64,000 nucleotides of DNA from Scyliorhinus canicula (Eukaryota). The stretch covers positions 8,319,569-8,383,568 of the forward strand of contig NC_052153.1 in assembly GCF_902713615.1 (NCBI RefSeq). The letters run 5' to 3'. A program made the translations under genes and the position numbers. How positions within the stretch are numbered: position 1 is the first letter of the stretch; every line of letters starts with the position of its first letter. Below are positions 60,075 through 64,000 of the stretch, piece after piece. Below the pieces are notes generated by a model. The model saw only the letters and a program-made list of their open reading frames with translations, was not told where the DNA came from and ran no database searches.

Positions 60075-63000
60075 GAATCCAGGCAAACCCTGACATTGAC
60101 CGCCTCAAGGCGAACTTGATTTTCTCCAAACAGAGAAAGCTAGCCATGTCCGATAGCCAGGTCTCCGACTTCGGGGGCGTTGAGTCCCTCCAAGCTAATA
60201 GTATCCGTCTCCAGGCTACCAGAGAAGCAAAGGCCAGAACGTCTGCCTTTCTCCTCCTGGATTCCCGGGTCTTCCGACACCCTGAAAATCGTCACCTCTG
60301 GACTCAGGCCACCCTCTTTTTTAACACCGTGGACATGACATCCACAAACCCCTGCCAAAATCCCCTAAGCTTCGGACATGTCCAGAACATGTGGACATGG
60401 TTCGCTGGTCCTCCCGCACACATTGTACACCTGTCTTCCATCCAAAGAACCTGCTCATCCGGGCCACTGTCATGTGAGCCTCGTGAACGACCTTGAATTG
60501 TATCAGGCTGAGCCTGGCACATGTGGATGCGTTGACTCTACTCTACGCGTCTGCCCATAGACCATCCTCTATCTCTCCTCCCAACTCCTCCTCCCACTTG
60601 CGCTTCAGCTCCCCAGTCTGCGTCTCCTCCGACCCCATAAGTTCCTTGTAAATGTCAGAGACTCTCCCTTCTCCCACCCTCTGGAAACTACCCTGTCCTG
60701 TATCTTCCTTGGTGGTAGGATTGGGAAGGTTGAAACCTGCCTGCGGAGGAAGTCCCGCAACCTGCAGGTACCTGAATTTGTTTCCCCTCGCCAGCCCAAA
60801 CTTTTCCTCCAACGCCCTCAAATTCGGAAAGCTCCCCTCTATAAACATATCCCCCATCCTCTCAATCCCTGCTCTCTGCCATATCCGGAACCCCCCATCC
60901 ATCCTTCCCGGGGCAAACTGGTGATTATTACAGATTGGGGACCAGACCGATGCTCCCTCTGCTCCCACATGTCTCCTCCATTGCCCCCAGACACTCAGGG
61001 CCGCCACCACCACGGGGCTGGTGGAGTACCGTGCCGGCGGGAACGGCAGAGGCGCAGTTACCAACGCCCCCAAACTAGTGCCCTTGCACAAAGCCGCTTC
61101 CATACGTTCCCATGCAGACCCCTCCCCCACCACCCACTTCCTGATCATGGCTATATTCGCCGCTCAGTAATAGTTACTAAAAGTTGGCAGCGCCAGCCCG
61201 CCCTCTCCCCGACTCTGCTCAAGCATTACCTTCCTTATCTGCGGGGTCTTGCCCGCCCAAACAAAGCCAGAGATCACTTTGGGAATAAAGATGGGGAAAC
61301 ATTGAAACACGAACAGGAATCTCGGGAGGACCGTCATCTTCACCGGCTCCACCCTCCCAGCTAATGACAACGGGACCGCGTCCGATCTCCGAAAATCGTC
61401 CTTCATTTGGTCTACTAGCCGGGGCAGATTTAGTTTATGCAGCCGGTCCTATTCCCGCGCCACTTGTATGCCTCGGTACCTAAAGCTTCCCCCTACTAAT
61501 CTAATCGGCAGCTCCCCCAATCGCCTCTCCTGTCCCCTCGCCTGGATCGCAAACATCTCACTTTCTCCCATTTAGCTTATACCCCAAAAACCGGCCAAAT
61601 TCCCCTGGAATCCTCATGATTTCTGCCGTCCCCTCTAATGGGTCCGATACATACAGAAGCAGGTCAGCTGCATAGAGTGAGACTCTGTGCTCCACCCCCA
61701 CCCCGGACCTGCCCCTTCCAGCCCCTTGAAGCTCTCAGAGCAATTGCCAGCGGCTCTATAGCTAGCGCGAACAACAGTGGGGAGAGGGGGCATCCCTGTC
61801 TCGTCCCCCCTGCAGTCTAAAATAGTCCGATGTTGACCTATTCGTCCGTACACTTGCCACAGGAGCCTGATACAGCAACCTGACCCAGTCAATAAAGCCC
61901 CGCCCAAATCTGAACCGCCCCAGTACCTCCCACAGATAATCTCATTCTACCCGATCAAAAGCCTTTTCTAGTCCATTGCGATCGCTACCTCCACCTCCCT
62001 ACCTTCCGGGGGCATCATGATCACGTTTAACAACCTTCTTACATTGGCCACCGACTACCTACCCTTAACAAACCCCATCTGGTCCTCCCCAATAACATCC
62101 GGAATACAATCCTCAATCCTGGAGGACAAAATTTTGGCCAGCAGTTTGGTGTCCACATTCAACAGGGATATCGGCCTGTGGGACCCACACGGCTCCGGGT
62201 TCTTGTCCCTCTTCCGAATCAGCGAAACCGTGGCCTGTGACATTGTTGGGGGCAGCACCCCTCTTTCCCTTGCTTCATTGAACATCCTCATCAACACCGG
62301 CCCCTATATCCCAGAGAACCTTTTATGAAACTCCACTGGGTACCTGTCCGGACCCAGGGCCTTACCCACCTGCATGGCCTTCAGACCCTCCACTATCTCT
62401 TCCAACCTGATCGGGGCCCCCAGCCCTTCTACCAGCTCCCCGTCCACCTTTGGGAAATTCAGCCCCCACGAAGTGCCTCATCCCCTCCGGCCCCGTAGGG
62501 GGCTCCGACCTATACAGCCTACTGTAGAAATCCCTAAACGCCTTATTCACCCCTGCTGAATCTCCAACCAGGTTCCCATCTCCCTCATTTACTTTCCCTA
62601 TCTCCCTGGCTGCCTCACTCTTTCTAAGCTGCTGTGCAAACATTCTGCTGGCCTTCTCTCCATACTCATAGATCGCCCCCCTCGCCTTTCCCAGCTGCTC
62701 CACCGCCCTCCCTGTGGTTAACAAGCCGAACTCCGCCTGTAGCCTCTGCTGTTCCCTTAAAAGCCCTGCCTCTGGGGTCTCCGCATACCTCCTATCGATC
62801 TGTAATATCTCCTTTACCAGTCAGTCTTTCTCTGCCCTGTTCACCTTCTCCCTCTGGGCCCGTATCGAGATCAGCTCCCCTCTGACCACCACCTTCAGTG
62901 CTTCCCAGACAATCGCTGCTGAAATTTCCCCCGTGTCGTTGACCTGCAGGTAGTTCTGAATACATTTCCTCAGCCGCTCGCACACCCCTTCGTCAGCCAA

Positions 63001-64000
63001 AAGTCCCACATCAAACCTCCAGTGCAGGTGCTGGTTACTGTCTTTACTAACCTGCAGGTCAACCCAGTGCAGAGCAGGGTCTGAGACTGTGATCGCCGAG
63101 TACCCCGTGTCCACCACCCCTGCCAGTAAGGCCCTGCTCAGAATAAATCAATCAATCTGGGAGTACACTTTATGCACGTGTGAGTAGAAGGAGAACTCCT
63201 TCACCCTCGGCTGCCCAAATCTCCATGGATCCCCCCCCCCCCATCTGCTCCATGAACCCTTTTAGCTCCTTTGCCATTGCCGGCACCCTGCCCGTTTTCG
63301 AGCTTGACCGGTCCAAGCCAGAGTCAATAACTGTGTTGAAGTCCCCTCCCATGACCAACCTGTGTGAGTCCAGGTCCGGTATCTTTCCCAGCATCCTCTT
63401 TATAAACTCCACGTCATCCCAATTTGGCACATACACATTGACTAATACCACCTGCACCCTCTCCAGTTTCCCACTGACCATAATGTACCGGCCTCCACAT
63501 CCAAAACTATTCTACCCGCCTCAAACACCACCCGCTTATTGATCAGGATCGCGATCCCACTAGTCTTTGAGTCTAGTCCCGAGTGAAAGACCTGACTGAC
63601 CCAGCCTTTCCTCAGTCTAACCTGGTCAGTTACTCTAAGGTGCGTCTCCTGCAACATTACCATGTCCGCCTTCAGTCCCCTAAGATGCGCGAACACACGT
63701 GCCCTCGTAAACGGCCCATTTAACCCTCGAACATTCCAGGTGATCAGCCTAGTCGGGGGGCTAATTGGCCACCCCCCCTCTTCACTGATCAGACATCCCC
63801 CTTTTTGGGCCCACCTCCAGACCATGCCCTGCGCCTCCACCGGTCTGCCCCCAGGCAGCCTCCGCCCCCAACCTCCTCTCTGTCCTTTGGCCCAAGTCCC
63901 TCCCTCGTCAGAGAGCATTTTCCCGCCCTCCCCCCTAGTAACAACACTCTGTAGCCCGACCCCTTTAATAAATCGAACATATGCACCCCCCCCCCCCCCC
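60075..64000 (-). mobile_element. L1-clade LINE ORF2 (degenerate); runs off the window end and lacks its 3' UTR
   Basis: TRLITWNVRGLNGP, LQETHL, MGGDFN, HRPISLLNVDTKLLAKIL, KMTVLPRFLFVFQC, DRCTMC..HVHMFWTC. Confidence 0.92.

Overview
Vertebrate genomic DNA, most likely an elasmobranch (shark), inferred from HE1/V-SINE-like, SacSINE1-like, CR1 and L1 repeats. The window holds three spliced genes in the order and orientation known from human 9p21. TOPORS (- strand) has a single ~3.1 kb coding exon encoding a 1045-aa RING E3 ubiquitin/SUMO ligase. SMIM27 (+ strand) is a 2-exon, 73-aa membrane microprotein, head-to-head with TOPORS across a CpG island; its first exon is missing from the ORF track. 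NDUFB6 (- strand) has 4 exons (130 aa) and is tail-to-tail with SMIM27. Most of the remainder is transposon-derived: a full-length but decayed L1, an internally deleted L1, further L1 and CR1 copies, and many SINEs. The most notable non-genic signals are (i) two identical minimal hammerhead-ribozyme motifs in Penelope-like terminal repeats, one of them in a TSD-flanked fold-back insertion, and (ii) an 11-unit 35-bp tandem array of CTCF-like sites just upstream of NDUFB6. Also seen are a duplicated in-frame splice donor in NDUFB6 exon 1 and SINE families that share heads and tails in different combinations. A 551-nt N gap lies at 57863-58413. Repeat boundaries are approximate unless a TSD is given. 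All homologies were recognised by eye, without database searches.
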